Assembly: GCA_017645925.1 (NCBI GenBank)
Contig: JAGCNN010000073.1
Span: 1 to 51,285, forward strand
Source of the DNA: Bacteroidales bacterium
Lineage (GTDB): Bacteria > Bacteroidota > Bacteroidia > Bacteroidales > ML635J-15
Reading direction: 5' to 3'
DNA: 51,285 nucleotides
Part shown: positions 7,850-17,376 of the stretch, piece by piece
Layout of the letters: each line of letters begins with the position of its first letter
Position numbering within the stretch: position 1 is the stretch's first letter
Made by a program: the position numbers and the translations under genes
Notes under the pieces: model-generated
The model's database searches: none
What the model was told of the DNA's origin: nothing
Seen by the model: the letters and a program-made list of their open reading frames with translations, nothing else

Positions 7850-9655
7850 TTACACCTGAGTGAAATCGCCGTCGTTCACAATTGCGGCAACATTGGGATT
7901 ACCCTTTAACATATCTTCAAGACGCTCAGAAGTTGTCTTTACAATCTCGCTGTTTTTCTCAACAAGGTTCTCGTCAACTACATAGCTGAAACAGAAATTC
8001 TTGTTGTCGAGTTTTGCCCTTACATAGTTTTCAATCACGCCCTTACGCTCAGACAAACGCATCAGCGTATTGTCATTCTCCACCCTAACTACATACCTGT
8101 CGGCTTCACGCTGTTCGGGAAGATGGTTCTTGAAATAGCTGTTCCACCGTGTACCTTCGGGACATTTTTCGGCAACAAACTGCAGCCAAGCCTTGACTAC
8201 ATCGGCAGGCGAATATGCCCTATCGCCAAAATTTGCAACTTCGGCACCCGATGCCGACTGAATCGAGTTCTTGTCATCAGCAGTATTGGCTCCAAAAATC
8301 TTATTCAGCAAATTGCCCTTAGGCGAATTGTCTTGCGGTTGCTCTGCAGGCTTGGGTTCGGAATTAACCACCGGCTTAGGCTCTTGCGGAGTTACAACAG
8401 GCTTAGGTTCTTGCGGAGTAACAACAGGCGCGGCCTTTTCGCTTGCAGGCGTTGCTACCTTAGGCTCTACAGTTGGCTGAGCAGTTGACTGAGCAACAGC
8501 CTTAGGTGCTGCTACTGGTGCAACGGTCGGCGACTGAACCTGCGGATGTGCAAATACATTGGATGCAACTTGACATATCTTCAGCAGCGACAATTCAACC
8601 AAAAGACGTTTGTTCTGCGAAGTCCTGTAACTCATATCGCAGGAATTGGCTATCTGTATGGCATTGAACAAGAATGAAGCCGGACATTTCTGAGCATACT
8701 CCATATATCTTTCCTTTGTTTTTTCGCCAACTTCAATGAGCCTTATAGTTCCAGGATCCTTGCACACAAGCAAGTCGCGATAATGAGATGCCAGTCCCGA
8801 AATAAAATATCCGCCTTCGAAACCCTTCTTCAGCACATCGTCAAAAATTGTTAGCGCATCAACGTAATTTCCAGCGAGCAAAGCATCTGTAACCTTAAAA
8901 TAAACCTCGTAGTCAAGGACGTTGAGGTTCTTTATGGTATCCTGATAGGTAATATTCTTTCCGCAGAAACTTACAATCTGGTCGAAAATTGAAAGGGCAT
9001 CACGCATTGCACCATCGGCCTTCTGCGCAATCACATGCAGGGCATCTGGCTCGGCTACAATTCCTTCGCGTTCAGCCACATGCGCAAGCCTTGAACGTAT
9101 ATCTTCAACGCTTATCCTATTGAAGTCAAATATCTGGCAGCGCGAAAGTATTGTCGGCAAAATCTTATGCTTTTCTGTTGTAGCAAGGATAAATATAGCA
9201 TGCTTGGGAGGTTCTTCCAGCGTTTTCAGGAATGCATTGAAAGCAGCCTGTGAAAGCATGTGAACTTCGTCGATTATATACACGCTGTACGAACCAAGCT
9301 GCGGTGGTATTCTAACCTGGTCAATCAGCACGCGGATGTCTTCGACAGAGTTGTTTGAAGCAGCATCAAGCTCATGTATGTTGAACGACCGCGATTCGAT
9401 GAAAGCACGGCACGATTCGCACTCGTTGCAAGGCTCGTGGTCGGGCGTAGGATTGCTGCAGTTGATTGTCTTTGCAAAAATTCGTGCGCAGGTAGTCTTT
9501 CCAACACCACGCGGACCGCAAAACAGATATGCCTGCCCCAACTGGTTGTTCTTTATTGAATTTTTTAGTGTCTGCGTTATAGCATCCTGACCAACAACCG
9601 ATTCAAAAACATCGGGACGGTACTTCCTTGCCGATACAATATATTCGTCCATCAT
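7850..9655 (-). CDS. dnaX: DNA polymerase III subunit gamma/tau
   Basis: Walker A GPRGVGKTT, IIDEVHML, a zinc module CNECESC, and a proline-rich tau linker. Confidence 0.95.
   Translation of the reverse strand: MMDEYIVSARKYRPDVFESVVGQDAITQTLKNSIKNNQLGQAYLFCGPRGVGKTTCARIFAKTINCSNPTPDHEPCNECESCRAFIESRSFNIHELDAASNNSVEDIRVLIDQVRIPPQLGSYSVYIIDEVHMLSQAAFNAFLKTLEEPPKHAIFILATTEKHKILPTILSRCQIFDFNRISVEDIRSRLAHVAEREGIVAEPDALHVIAQKADGAMRDALSIFDQIVSFCGKNITYQDTIKNLNVLDYEVYFKVTDALLAGNYVDALTIFDDVLKKGFEGGYFISGLASHYRDLLVCKDPGTIRLIEVGEKTKERYMEYAQKCPASFLFNAIQIANSCDMSYRTSQNKRLLVELSLLKICQVASNVFAHPQVQSPTVAPVAAPKAVAQSTAQPTVEPKVATPASEKAAPVVTPQEPKPVVTPQEPKPVVNSEPKPAEQPQDNSPKGNLLNKIFGANTADDKNSIQSASGAEVANFGDRAYSPADVVKAWLQFVAEKCPEGTRWNSYFKNHLPEQREADRYVVRVENDNTLMRLSERKGVIENYVRAKLDNKNFCFSYVVDENLVEKNSEIVKTTSERLEDMLKGNPNVAAIVNDGDFTQV
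8349..8426 (-). repeat. In-frame 27-nt tandem repeat (about 2.9 copies) in the dnaX linker
   Basis: 8373-8399 and 8400-8426 match at 25/27 nt and encode PVVTPQEPK twice. A degenerate copy lies at 8349-8372. Confidence 0.85.
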
Positions 9656-9743
9656 CTAACTTTTAGGGTGCGAAGTTAAGAATTTGTTTTCAGTTGCAGA
9701 AACAAAAAAAGAGCGAAAGCGCTTAACTTTGCACAAAAGACAT

Positions 9744-10988
9744 TTACCATTTTACATCTTCCCTGCTAATCGGCATTGTCATGCACCTTGCGCCACCGCC
9801 ACCGCGCGGAAGCTCGCTGCCTGAGAAGGTTACGACAAACTTTTCGTAGCTGTGCATATCAACCAAGCCTTTGCAGACGTCAGCCGCCTTAAGCACTGCA
9901 AAACCAGCCTTGTCCAATGCTTCAATGGTCTTCCAGTTGCGCTCGTAGCCGATAATCTTGCCTTCGCCCAGAGCAAAGAAGTTTGCACCGCTGTGCCATT
10001 GTTCGCGCTGTTGAGTCCAAGCATCGTCGCCACCGCATATTACCGGATTAAGGTCAAAGCCCAAATCGCGTGCGCCTTGCAGGAAATTCGGCTTCTGGTG
10101 ATATGTGATTTTTCCGTTATCTATCTCAATATGAGTGGTCTGCAAGTGTGAGTATTTAGCATTCTTACGAATGATAGGTTCGTACATCATGCAACGGTCC
10201 TTGTCGAGGAAAGTAAACACCATGTCCAAGTGTATGAACGATTCTGGAGTTTCGGGAAGTTCCTGAACAAGAATGTTGAATTTTGGCTTGCGCGAACCAA
10301 AGTATTGTGCCAGGAACTCAATTCCTTTCTTGTTGGTTCTGATGCCGTTACCAATAAACAAGGTATCATCGCGGGCAATAAGCACATCACCGCCTTCGGT
10401 ACGTGCTGTTGACTCCCATTCTGCTGCGTTTATCGACTGTGAGCCAAAATAGTTTTCAAATATTGCACGGTAGATTATATTTTCACGTTGGCGAACCTTG
10501 AACGACATGGAGTTCATCAGCAGCAAATCATACACCGACGAAGCCGCATCGCGGGTGAAGAACAAATTGTACAAAGGCTTGAGAATGAAGCGTTCCTCCT
10601 CGTATTTTGCAGGGTCAACTCCTCGCCTGTATTCAAAGCCTTCAACTAGTTCGCGAGCCAAAGTCTTTTCATCGTGCGACAAAAGTTCATCACGAAGGAA
10701 TTCGCAGTCGTCCATTCGGCAAGATGTCACCACAAGATTTTCCTTAACATTCTTATCCTTCAGCACTTCTGCAAGCAAATCAACAACTTGATATGTCTTT
10801 GTCCACTTTGAAAGCACGCCCTCAAAATTGGCATATTCACCATCAACAATACGTTTATTAAGAATATCGCTGTACAAAGCCTCGTGAGCATTTTCGGGAG
10901 TCATTCGCTCGATTTCAATTCCCGGACGATGCAGAAGGACAGCATTCAGTTTGCCTATTTCTGAATAAAGTCTTATTTTGTTATCCAT
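9744..10988 (-). CDS. arcA: Arginine deiminase
   Basis: 414 aa. The N-terminus YSEIGKLNAVLLHRPGIEIERMTP and the C-terminal catalytic-Cys motif GGGGARCMTMP are typical of ADI. Confidence 0.8.
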   Translation of the reverse strand: MDNKIRLYSEIGKLNAVLLHRPGIEIERMTPENAHEALYSDILNKRIVDGEYANFEGVLSKWTKTYQVVDLLAEVLKDKNVKENLVVTSCRMDDCEFLRDELLSHDEKTLARELVEGFEYRRGVDPAKYEEERFILKPLYNLFFTRDAASSVYDLLLMNSMSFKVRQRENIIYRAIFENYFGSQSINAAEWESTARTEGGDVLIARDDTLFIGNGIRTNKKGIEFLAQYFGSRKPKFNILVQELPETPESFIHLDMVFTFLDKDRCMMYEPIIRKNAKYSHLQTTHIEIDNGKITYHQKPNFLQGARDLGFDLNPVICGGDDAWTQQREQWHSGANFFALGEGKIIGYERNWKTIEALDKAGFAVLKAADVCKGLVDMHSYEKFVVTFSGSELPRGGGGARCMTMPISREDVKW

Positions 10989-11077
10989 AAATCAATTTTT
11001 AGAACACGAAGAACGACAATCGTTTACATTCCTCGTCAAGCCACACGACCGCACAAAACGCCCCTGCAACTCGGTTG

Positions 11078-11085
11078 CAAAGATA
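11078..11085 (-). promoter_or_regulatory. Candidate -7 box (TATCTTTG) for arcA
   Basis: Exact TAnnTTTG on the minus strand, but 90 nt upstream of the ATG, a longer leader than the other genes here. Confidence 0.35.
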
Positions 11086-11136
11086 CTACAATTTTCGGAA
11101 TTTTGAAATTGGGAAGAAAAATATTTGTTAACCGCG

Positions 11137-12894
11137 CTACTTCTCCACCAACTTATCCCACAATTTTTCGTCCAACATTTCCTTGAACAGATATGTCATT
11201 CCCCTTGGGATTGTAATTGCTCTTAGTGAATCACATTCCGCAAAAATATCTTCACCAATTTCGGTTACCGAATATGGAATAATCACAGTTTCAAGCCCTG
11301 TACATCCCCAGAAAGCCGTCTTGCCTATCCTCGTCACAGAATTGGGAATAACGACAGACTTAAGCGACTTGCACTGCCAGAACATATTGTCGCTGATTTC
11401 GGTCAGAGAATATGGAAGCGACACCGATGTTAGTCCAAAGCAATCGTTAAAGGCATCATGTCCGATTTCGGTTACAGAATCAGGAATAACAAGCGATGTA
11501 AGCCCTTCGCAGCAATAGAATGCCATTTCGCCAATTTTTGTAACAGAATCGGGAATATTTATCGACTTCAAACCACTGCATTTCATAAAGGCGCCAATGG
11601 CAATTTCTGTCACAGAGTCGGGAATTACTGCATTTTCGCTACCTGCCAGAAGAATGTCGGTCTGCGTCTCAATTAACGCGTTGCAGTTTTCGCGTGAGTC
11701 GTAATATGGATTATGGTCGTCAACTACAATGGATTTCAGACCGCCACAGCCCATAAATGCACCTTCGCCAATTTCTTCCACATAACGTGAAATGTTCAAC
11801 GACAACAAGCTATTGCAATCATAAAAGGCTGATACACCAATTCTTCTCAACGATTCTGGGAAATTCAAATTTCTCAACTCACCGCATTTGGTAAATGCAC
11901 CATCAGCTATTTCGGTCAAATTGCCTAAAATTTTCACATCCGTAAGGCGATAGCAAGTGCAAAAAGCATTTTCACCAATACTCTCCACCGAATCGGGAAT
12001 ATCAATGGTCGTAAGCCTATCGCAACCGCCGAAAGCGCCTACGGCAATCTTAGTAATGCCTTCTGGTATAAACGAATTGACACAGCCTGCAATAAGTTCA
12101 TTTGTTCGGGTTGCGATTATGGCGTTGCAGTTTTGCCGTGAGTCGTAAACGACATTATTCCGGTCAACCTCAATCGAATCCAGCATGCAACATTCATAAA
12201 AAGCGCCATTTCCGATTCTCGTCACAGAAGATGGAATTACAATAGATTTCAGCCCATAACAAGCATAAAATGCACATTCCCCTATCCTTCTGACAGAATC
12301 AGGAATAACGACAGACTTCAAACCTTCGCAACAATAAAAAGCACCGTCTTCAATTTCGATTATGGAATTAGGAATAAAAGCGTTTTTGCAACCGAAAAGA
12401 AGCTTGTTTGTCTTTGTCTCAATTATGGCATTGCAATTTTCACGTGAATCGTAAACTAGATTCGACTTGTCAACCTCGATGGAATTCAACTTTGTGCAAT
12501 TCAGAAATGCCTCAACACCAATTCGTTCCACCGATGCGGGAATATATATCGACTTCAATTCATCGCAGCCATTAAACGCACCTTCGCAGATTTCCGTCAC
12601 CGAATTGGGAATAACCACAGATGAGATTACCGAATACGCAAATGCTCCCATACCGATTGTCGTAATCGTATTTGGAATTTCAACAGAAACGACATCAAAA
12701 CTATCTGTAAAAGCGCCTTCACCAATCTCCGTAACACCATCTTTCAGGACAATAAGGCCTTCGTTGCTTTCGTAGTCATAGTCGTTGCTTACAGAATTTT
12801 CGTCAATCCATTCCGTTTCCACCACATAATGAGCCTTGTAGCGGATTACATTTGCACCAAGGCTATCTTTTTCTATATCACAATAATCATTCAT
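11137..12894 (-). CDS. BspA-type leucine-rich repeat (LRR_5) protein, no signal peptide
   Basis: 585 aa of repeated IP.SVT.IG..AF..C..L modules. The N-terminus MNDYCDIEKDS... is not hydrophobic. Confidence 0.85.
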   Translation of the reverse strand: MNDYCDIEKDSLGANVIRYKAHYVVETEWIDENSVSNDYDYESNEGLIVLKDGVTEIGEGAFTDSFDVVSVEIPNTITTIGMGAFAYSVISSVVIPNSVTEICEGAFNGCDELKSIYIPASVERIGVEAFLNCTKLNSIEVDKSNLVYDSRENCNAIIETKTNKLLFGCKNAFIPNSIIEIEDGAFYCCEGLKSVVIPDSVRRIGECAFYACYGLKSIVIPSSVTRIGNGAFYECCMLDSIEVDRNNVVYDSRQNCNAIIATRTNELIAGCVNSFIPEGITKIAVGAFGGCDRLTTIDIPDSVESIGENAFCTCYRLTDVKILGNLTEIADGAFTKCGELRNLNFPESLRRIGVSAFYDCNSLLSLNISRYVEEIGEGAFMGCGGLKSIVVDDHNPYYDSRENCNALIETQTDILLAGSENAVIPDSVTEIAIGAFMKCSGLKSINIPDSVTKIGEMAFYCCEGLTSLVIPDSVTEIGHDAFNDCFGLTSVSLPYSLTEISDNMFWQCKSLKSVVIPNSVTRIGKTAFWGCTGLETVIIPYSVTEIGEDIFAECDSLRAITIPRGMTYLFKEMLDEKLWDKLVEK

Positions 12895-12916
12895 GTTTTT
12901 TATTTTTTAGGAAGCA

Positions 12917-12924
12917 CAAAAGTA
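12917..12924 (-). promoter_or_regulatory. -7 box TACTTTTG for the LRR gene
   Basis: Exact TAnnTTTG, 23 nt upstream of ATG 12894. Confidence 0.5.
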
Positions 12925-13038
12925 ATCTATTTTTTCAAAAATTCAATCTACTACAACCAGACAATTAAGCCAAAAAACAAACCGAATCTGCAATTTTTCC
13001 AATCCGCAAATCTTTCACTTTCCAATCAAAAAAAACAC

Positions 13039-13046
13039 TATCTTTG
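13039..13046 (+). promoter_or_regulatory. -7 box TATCTTTG(C) for the DUF2723 gene
   Basis: Exact TAnnTTTGC, 25 nt upstream of ATG 13071. Confidence 0.5.
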
Positions 13047-13070
13047 CGCTTTTAAAAATTTAAAGTAAAA

Positions 13071-16000
13071 ATGACTGAAAAAAGATTTAAACTGCTGAAT
13101 ACCATAACCGGATGGGTGGTATTTATAGTAGCAGCAATCACCTACCTGATGACCATAGAGCCAACGGTAAGTTTCTGGGACTGCGGTGAATTCATTTCAT
13201 CATCAAACAAAATGCAGATTGGACATCCGCCTGGAGCACCTTTCTTTATGGTTATAGCACGATTCTTCGCAATGTTCGCTTCTGGTCCCGAACAGGTGGC
13301 AATGATGATAAACTCAATGTCAGCTTTGGCAAGCGCATTCACAATCCTGTTCCTTTTCTGGACAATAACATTCCTTGCAAAGCACCTCATAGCCAAGGAC
13401 GGCAAATACGACATAGGCAATACCATAGCAATACTGGCCTGCAGTACGATAGGTTCGCTGGCATACACCTTCTCCGATACCTTCTGGTTCTCGGCTGTAG
13501 AAGGTGAAGTTTACGCCTTCTCGTCGTTCTTCACAGCCATAGTGTTCTGGGCAATAACCAAATGGTACGATTCAGACGTCGAAGACGCGACATCAAGACG
13601 TTGGATTCTGCTCATCGCACTTATGGAAGGTATGGCTATAGGCGTTCACCTCCTGAACTTGCTGACACTCCCTGCAATAGCATTCGTGATATACTACAGG
13701 AAATTCAAACCATCAAACGCCGGATTCAGAATATTAGGCTTCATAATCACAACCATCATATCACTACTTGCCATAGCAATGATTATGTGGGGAATAATCC
13801 CTGGTGTAGCAGTTGTCGCTTCAAAGTTCGAACTTCTATTCACCAACAGTTTCGGAGCCCCATTCAATACCGGACTTGTAGTATGGGCAATACTTACGAT
13901 TATCTGCTTGGTTCTCAGTATCTATTTTTCACAGAAAAGTAAAAATATAGCTTTAAACACTATTTTCCCAACTTTTTCGCTAATTCTTACTGGTGCAGCA
14001 CTGTTTACGGGCAACACATTCCTAAACATATTAATTATCATAGGAATAATTGTTTGCCTAATAACATTCATCGTCAGGAAATACAGGTCGCTTCTCAACA
14101 CGGCAATGCTTTTCCTTACAATGATTATTATCGGCTACTCAAGCTACGCCATAATAATAATAAGGTCTAACGCCAATCCGCCGATGAACCAGAACAATCC
14201 CGAAGATATGTTCAACCTACTGTCATACCTCAACCGCGAACAGTACGGCGACCGTCCTCTGCTGTACGGACAGGATTTCAACGCTCAGTTCGACAGATAC
14301 GAGAACACGACCGAAATCTACACCAAGCGTGGCGACAAATATGTTTGCGTAGGTCACAGGTTCAAACCGGTGTTCAAGCCAAACGGATGCCGAGTTTTCC
14401 CACGCATGTATAGCCGCGAAGCCGACCACATTGCAGTTTACAAGGATTTCGGCGGCATGAAGGCTTCACAAAAGAAACCGACAGGACTTAACAACATAAA
14501 GTTCTTCGTCAACTATCAGCTTAACTGGATGTACTGGCGCTATTTCCTGTGGAATTTTTCTGGCAGGCAGAACGATATTCAAGGACACGGCAACACCGTC
14601 CACGGCAACTGGATTACAGGTTTTGATGCATTCGATAATGCCCGTCTCGGCGACCAGAGCCTATTGCCCGACTACCTGAAAAACAACAAGGGGCACAACC
14701 GCTACTTTATGCTTCCGTTGATACTCGGTCTCATCGGACTTGTTTACCAGCTTTGGAAGAACACTAAGGACTGGTGGATTGTTTCTTTGCTTTTCATTCT
14801 CACCGGTATAGCAATCGTTGTTTACCTCAACCAGACACCAATCCAGCCTCGTGAACGTGACTATGCATACGCTGGTTCGTTCTATGCCTTTGCAATATGG
14901 ATTGGACTTGGCGCAGCCGCTATTTACGAACTATTCAAGAAGTTTACACCTAGTGCAGCTGCGGGAATAATTGCATTGCTAATCTGCGTTCCTGTGCCAT
15001 ATATCATGGCCGAACAAAACTGGGACGACCACGACCGCAGCAACCGCTATGCAGCACACGATTTTGCTCGCAACTACTTGGAAACCTGCGCACCAAACGC
15101 AATCCTGTTCACTCATGGCGACAACGATACTTTCCCCGTATGGTACGCCCAGGAAGTTGAAGGAATCAGACCTGACATTAAGATTTGCTGTCTGCCCTAC
15201 TTTGCTTCCGACTGGTACATCGACCAGATGAAATGCGCAAGCTACGACGCCAAGCCAATGCCATTGTCGCTCGACCGCAGCAAGTACGAACCTAACATGC
15301 GCGACCAACTGATGTTCGACTCGCGCCGAAAGGACAAGGGATTCATGCCGCTGCCCGAATTCATGAAATACATCAACGACGACAACAATACATACAAGTC
15401 AAACGATGACGTATATTATATGTTCCCGTCGAAGAAATTCTCGTTCAAGGCCGACCCGAAGAAAGTCATCGAATACGGCTGCGTATATCCTGGATTCTAC
15501 AAGGATACAGCAGGGGAAACTGAAATCTACTTCGATACAGTTCTCAACATTGACCTCAACAGGGAATACCTGCTCAAGAACGAAATGATGATTCTTGACC
15601 TGCTGAACACCAACGACTGGGAGCGTCCAATCTACATCACATCGCTCGGTAGCCGTCACACGCTTAACTTGGACAACTACTTCCACAACGAAGGCTTTGC
15701 ATTCCGCCTTACCCCGATGAACAAGAAGGCAAAAGCACCGGAAGGCGTTGCCAGCAGCGACATCAACACCGACATCATGTACAACAACCTGATGAACGTT
15801 TACACTTGGGGCAACATCAACAACCCGGATGTATATATTGACCAGACTATACTTCGTACCACAAAGATTGTGAAGATTAGAAGCAATTTCGGTGAACTTG
15901 CAAAGGCTCTTGTCAAGGAAGGCAAGACCGACAAGGCAAAGGAAGTCATGGCAAGGTGCGACTCGGTTATGCCTCCGGCAATGTACCCCGTAAGCTATTT

Positions 16001-16274
16001 CGACTGCGACTATGTTGAAGGTTATTATCAAGCCGGCGAACCCGAAATTGCCGACAGCATACTTGTTGAAGGTGTAGAAACAGTCCTCACTGAACTCGGA
16101 TACTACAGGTCGCTCGACAAGCAGAAACGCAACACAAACGCACAGGAAATACAACTGAACATTGCAACACTCGGCAGAATCGTTTCTATTTTCCAAAAGA
16201 ACGAGCGTACCGAACTGTTCAACACATACTATTCGTTATACGCAGAAAACGCAGAATGGTATGAAAACCTATAA
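13071..16274 (+). CDS. DUF2723-family polytopic membrane protein (GT-C-like, TMEM260-like putative glycosyltransferase)
   Basis: 1067 aa. It has an N-terminal multi-TM region with SFWDCGEFISS...GHPPGAPFF and a large soluble C-terminal half. Confidence 0.8.
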   Translation: MTEKRFKLLNTITGWVVFIVAAITYLMTIEPTVSFWDCGEFISSSNKMQIGHPPGAPFFMVIARFFAMFASGPEQVAMMINSMSALASAFTILFLFWTITFLAKHLIAKDGKYDIGNTIAILACSTIGSLAYTFSDTFWFSAVEGEVYAFSSFFTAIVFWAITKWYDSDVEDATSRRWILLIALMEGMAIGVHLLNLLTLPAIAFVIYYRKFKPSNAGFRILGFIITTIISLLAIAMIMWGIIPGVAVVASKFELLFTNSFGAPFNTGLVVWAILTIICLVLSIYFSQKSKNIALNTIFPTFSLILTGAALFTGNTFLNILIIIGIIVCLITFIVRKYRSLLNTAMLFLTMIIIGYSSYAIIIIRSNANPPMNQNNPEDMFNLLSYLNREQYGDRPLLYGQDFNAQFDRYENTTEIYTKRGDKYVCVGHRFKPVFKPNGCRVFPRMYSREADHIAVYKDFGGMKASQKKPTGLNNIKFFVNYQLNWMYWRYFLWNFSGRQNDIQGHGNTVHGNWITGFDAFDNARLGDQSLLPDYLKNNKGHNRYFMLPLILGLIGLVYQLWKNTKDWWIVSLLFILTGIAIVVYLNQTPIQPRERDYAYAGSFYAFAIWIGLGAAAIYELFKKFTPSAAAGIIALLICVPVPYIMAEQNWDDHDRSNRYAAHDFARNYLETCAPNAILFTHGDNDTFPVWYAQEVEGIRPDIKICCLPYFASDWYIDQMKCASYDAKPMPLSLDRSKYEPNMRDQLMFDSRRKDKGFMPLPEFMKYINDDNNTYKSNDDVYYMFPSKKFSFKADPKKVIEYGCVYPGFYKDTAGETEIYFDTVLNIDLNREYLLKNEMMILDLLNTNDWERPIYITSLGSRHTLNLDNYFHNEGFAFRLTPMNKKAKAPEGVASSDINTDIMYNNLMNVYTWGNINNPDVYIDQTILRTTKIVKIRSNFGELAKALVKEGKTDKAKEVMARCDSVMPPAMYPVSYFDCDYVEGYYQAGEPEIADSILVEGVETVLTELGYYRSLDKQKRNTNAQEIQLNIATLGRIVSIFQKNERTELFNTYYSLYAENAEWYENL

Positions 16275-16614
16275 CCGCATAACAATATTGATTCTTATGG
16301 TTTGCTGCATGATTTTATCGTGCAGCAAACCCATTAATTCCATTGAAACTCAACCAGAAAACAAGAATGAAACTAATGCCTGCCCCGACAGCGAACACGC
16401 CACATTGAAGAACTTGACAGGCCTCGACGGGTGCTCGTGGGTGCTCGTGCTCGACAATGGAAAAAAGCTAGAACCAACAAATCTCAAAAAATTCTACAAC
16501 ATAAAGCTGGAAGATGGTAAAGAAGTATATGTAAAATACGAAACCAAGCCATTGGCAGCAAGTATATGCATGGTGGGGACAATAGTTGAAATCATCTGTA
16601 TATCAGAAAAATAA
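16261..16614 (+). CDS. Small lipoprotein, unknown function
   Basis: Start re-called at ATG 16261 (MKTYNRITILILMVCCMILSC). It overlaps the upstream stop by 14 nt. Confidence 0.65.
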   Translation: MKTYNRITILILMVCCMILSCSKPINSIETQPENKNETNACPDSEHATLKNLTGLDGCSWVLVLDNGKKLEPTNLKKFYNIKLEDGKEVYVKYETKPLAASICMVGTIVEIICISEK

Positions 16615-16693
16615 TGGCTAAAAAATAACTTTTTGCCATATTTTAACCCCAAAATGACAAAAAATAGGTAGTGCAAAAAACATTGGAAAATGA

Positions 16694-16701
16694 TATTTTT
16701 G
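16694..16701 (+). promoter_or_regulatory. -7 box TATTTTTG(C) for DUF47/PiT operon
   Basis: Exact match 24 nt upstream of ATG 16725. It lies inside the longer ORF-track start at 16671, which argues against that start. Confidence 0.5.
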
Positions 16702-16724
16702 CAAGCGAAAATAAAAAAGTAAAA

Positions 16725-17375
16725 ATGTCATTTAATTCGTTTTTTTCAAGATTTAAACCTAAGGAAAACAAGTTCTTCCCGATGATAAATACAGTCGGCG
16801 ACCTACTGTCAAAAGCTGCACAAAAGCAGGCTGAACTCATCAAAAAGCCGACTTTTGAAGAAATGGAAGAAGACTATAAGTTAATCAAGGAGTGCGAAAC
16901 CCAGTCGGATACCGAAATTGCAAAGATTTACGAAGAACTGAACATTTCGTTCATCACACCTTTCGACCGCGAGGACATACATAGCCTCTGCGAAACCGTT
17001 GACGACACACTCGACTTCATAAACTCCACTTCGAAGCGAATACTGCTGTTCCGTCCAAAGCAAATTCCAGAAATCTCGGTGAGGATGACCGAAATCATCA
17101 GCGAATGCTGCAACGCAATCAATATTTCGCTGCACGAACTAAAAACAATCAACAAGAAGCCAGACCTCGCACTAAAACAATGCGAACTCCTCCACGACCT
17201 TGAACAGGAAGCCGATGAGATTTACGAAAACTTTGTAAAGAACCTCTTCGAGGAAGAAACCGACACAAAGGAAATCATCAAGAACAAGGAAATTGTACAG
17301 CACATGGAGCGCACAACCGACATGGCAAAGCACGTGGGCAAAATCATAAAGACAATAATTGTAAAATACGCATAG
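16725..17375 (+). CDS. DUF47 (PhoU-like) phosphate-transport regulator
   Basis: Helical protein immediately upstream (1-nt gap) of a PiT transporter, the classic DUF47-PiT pair. Confidence 0.8.
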   Translation: MSFNSFFSRFKPKENKFFPMINTVGDLLSKAAQKQAELIKKPTFEEMEEDYKLIKECETQSDTEIAKIYEELNISFITPFDREDIHSLCETVDDTLDFINSTSKRILLFRPKQIPEISVRMTEIISECCNAINISLHELKTINKKPDLALKQCELLHDLEQEADEIYENFVKNLFEEETDTKEIIKNKEIVQHMERTTDMAKHVGKIIKTIIVKYA

Positions 17376-17376
17376 A

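Noticed and set aside
12895-13070. Replication origin at the strand-switch / divergent region
   Set aside because: There is no cluster of DnaA-box-like TTATCCACA sequences here or elsewhere in the window, and no dnaA or dnaN nearby. The region is explained by two divergent promoters.
15399-16196. 265-aa minus-strand ORF inside the DUF2723 gene
   Set aside because: It is antisense to a gene with clear family motifs. Its product is Val/Cys/Phe-rich, has no recognisable motif and is typical of a shadow ORF, and it has no promoter box.
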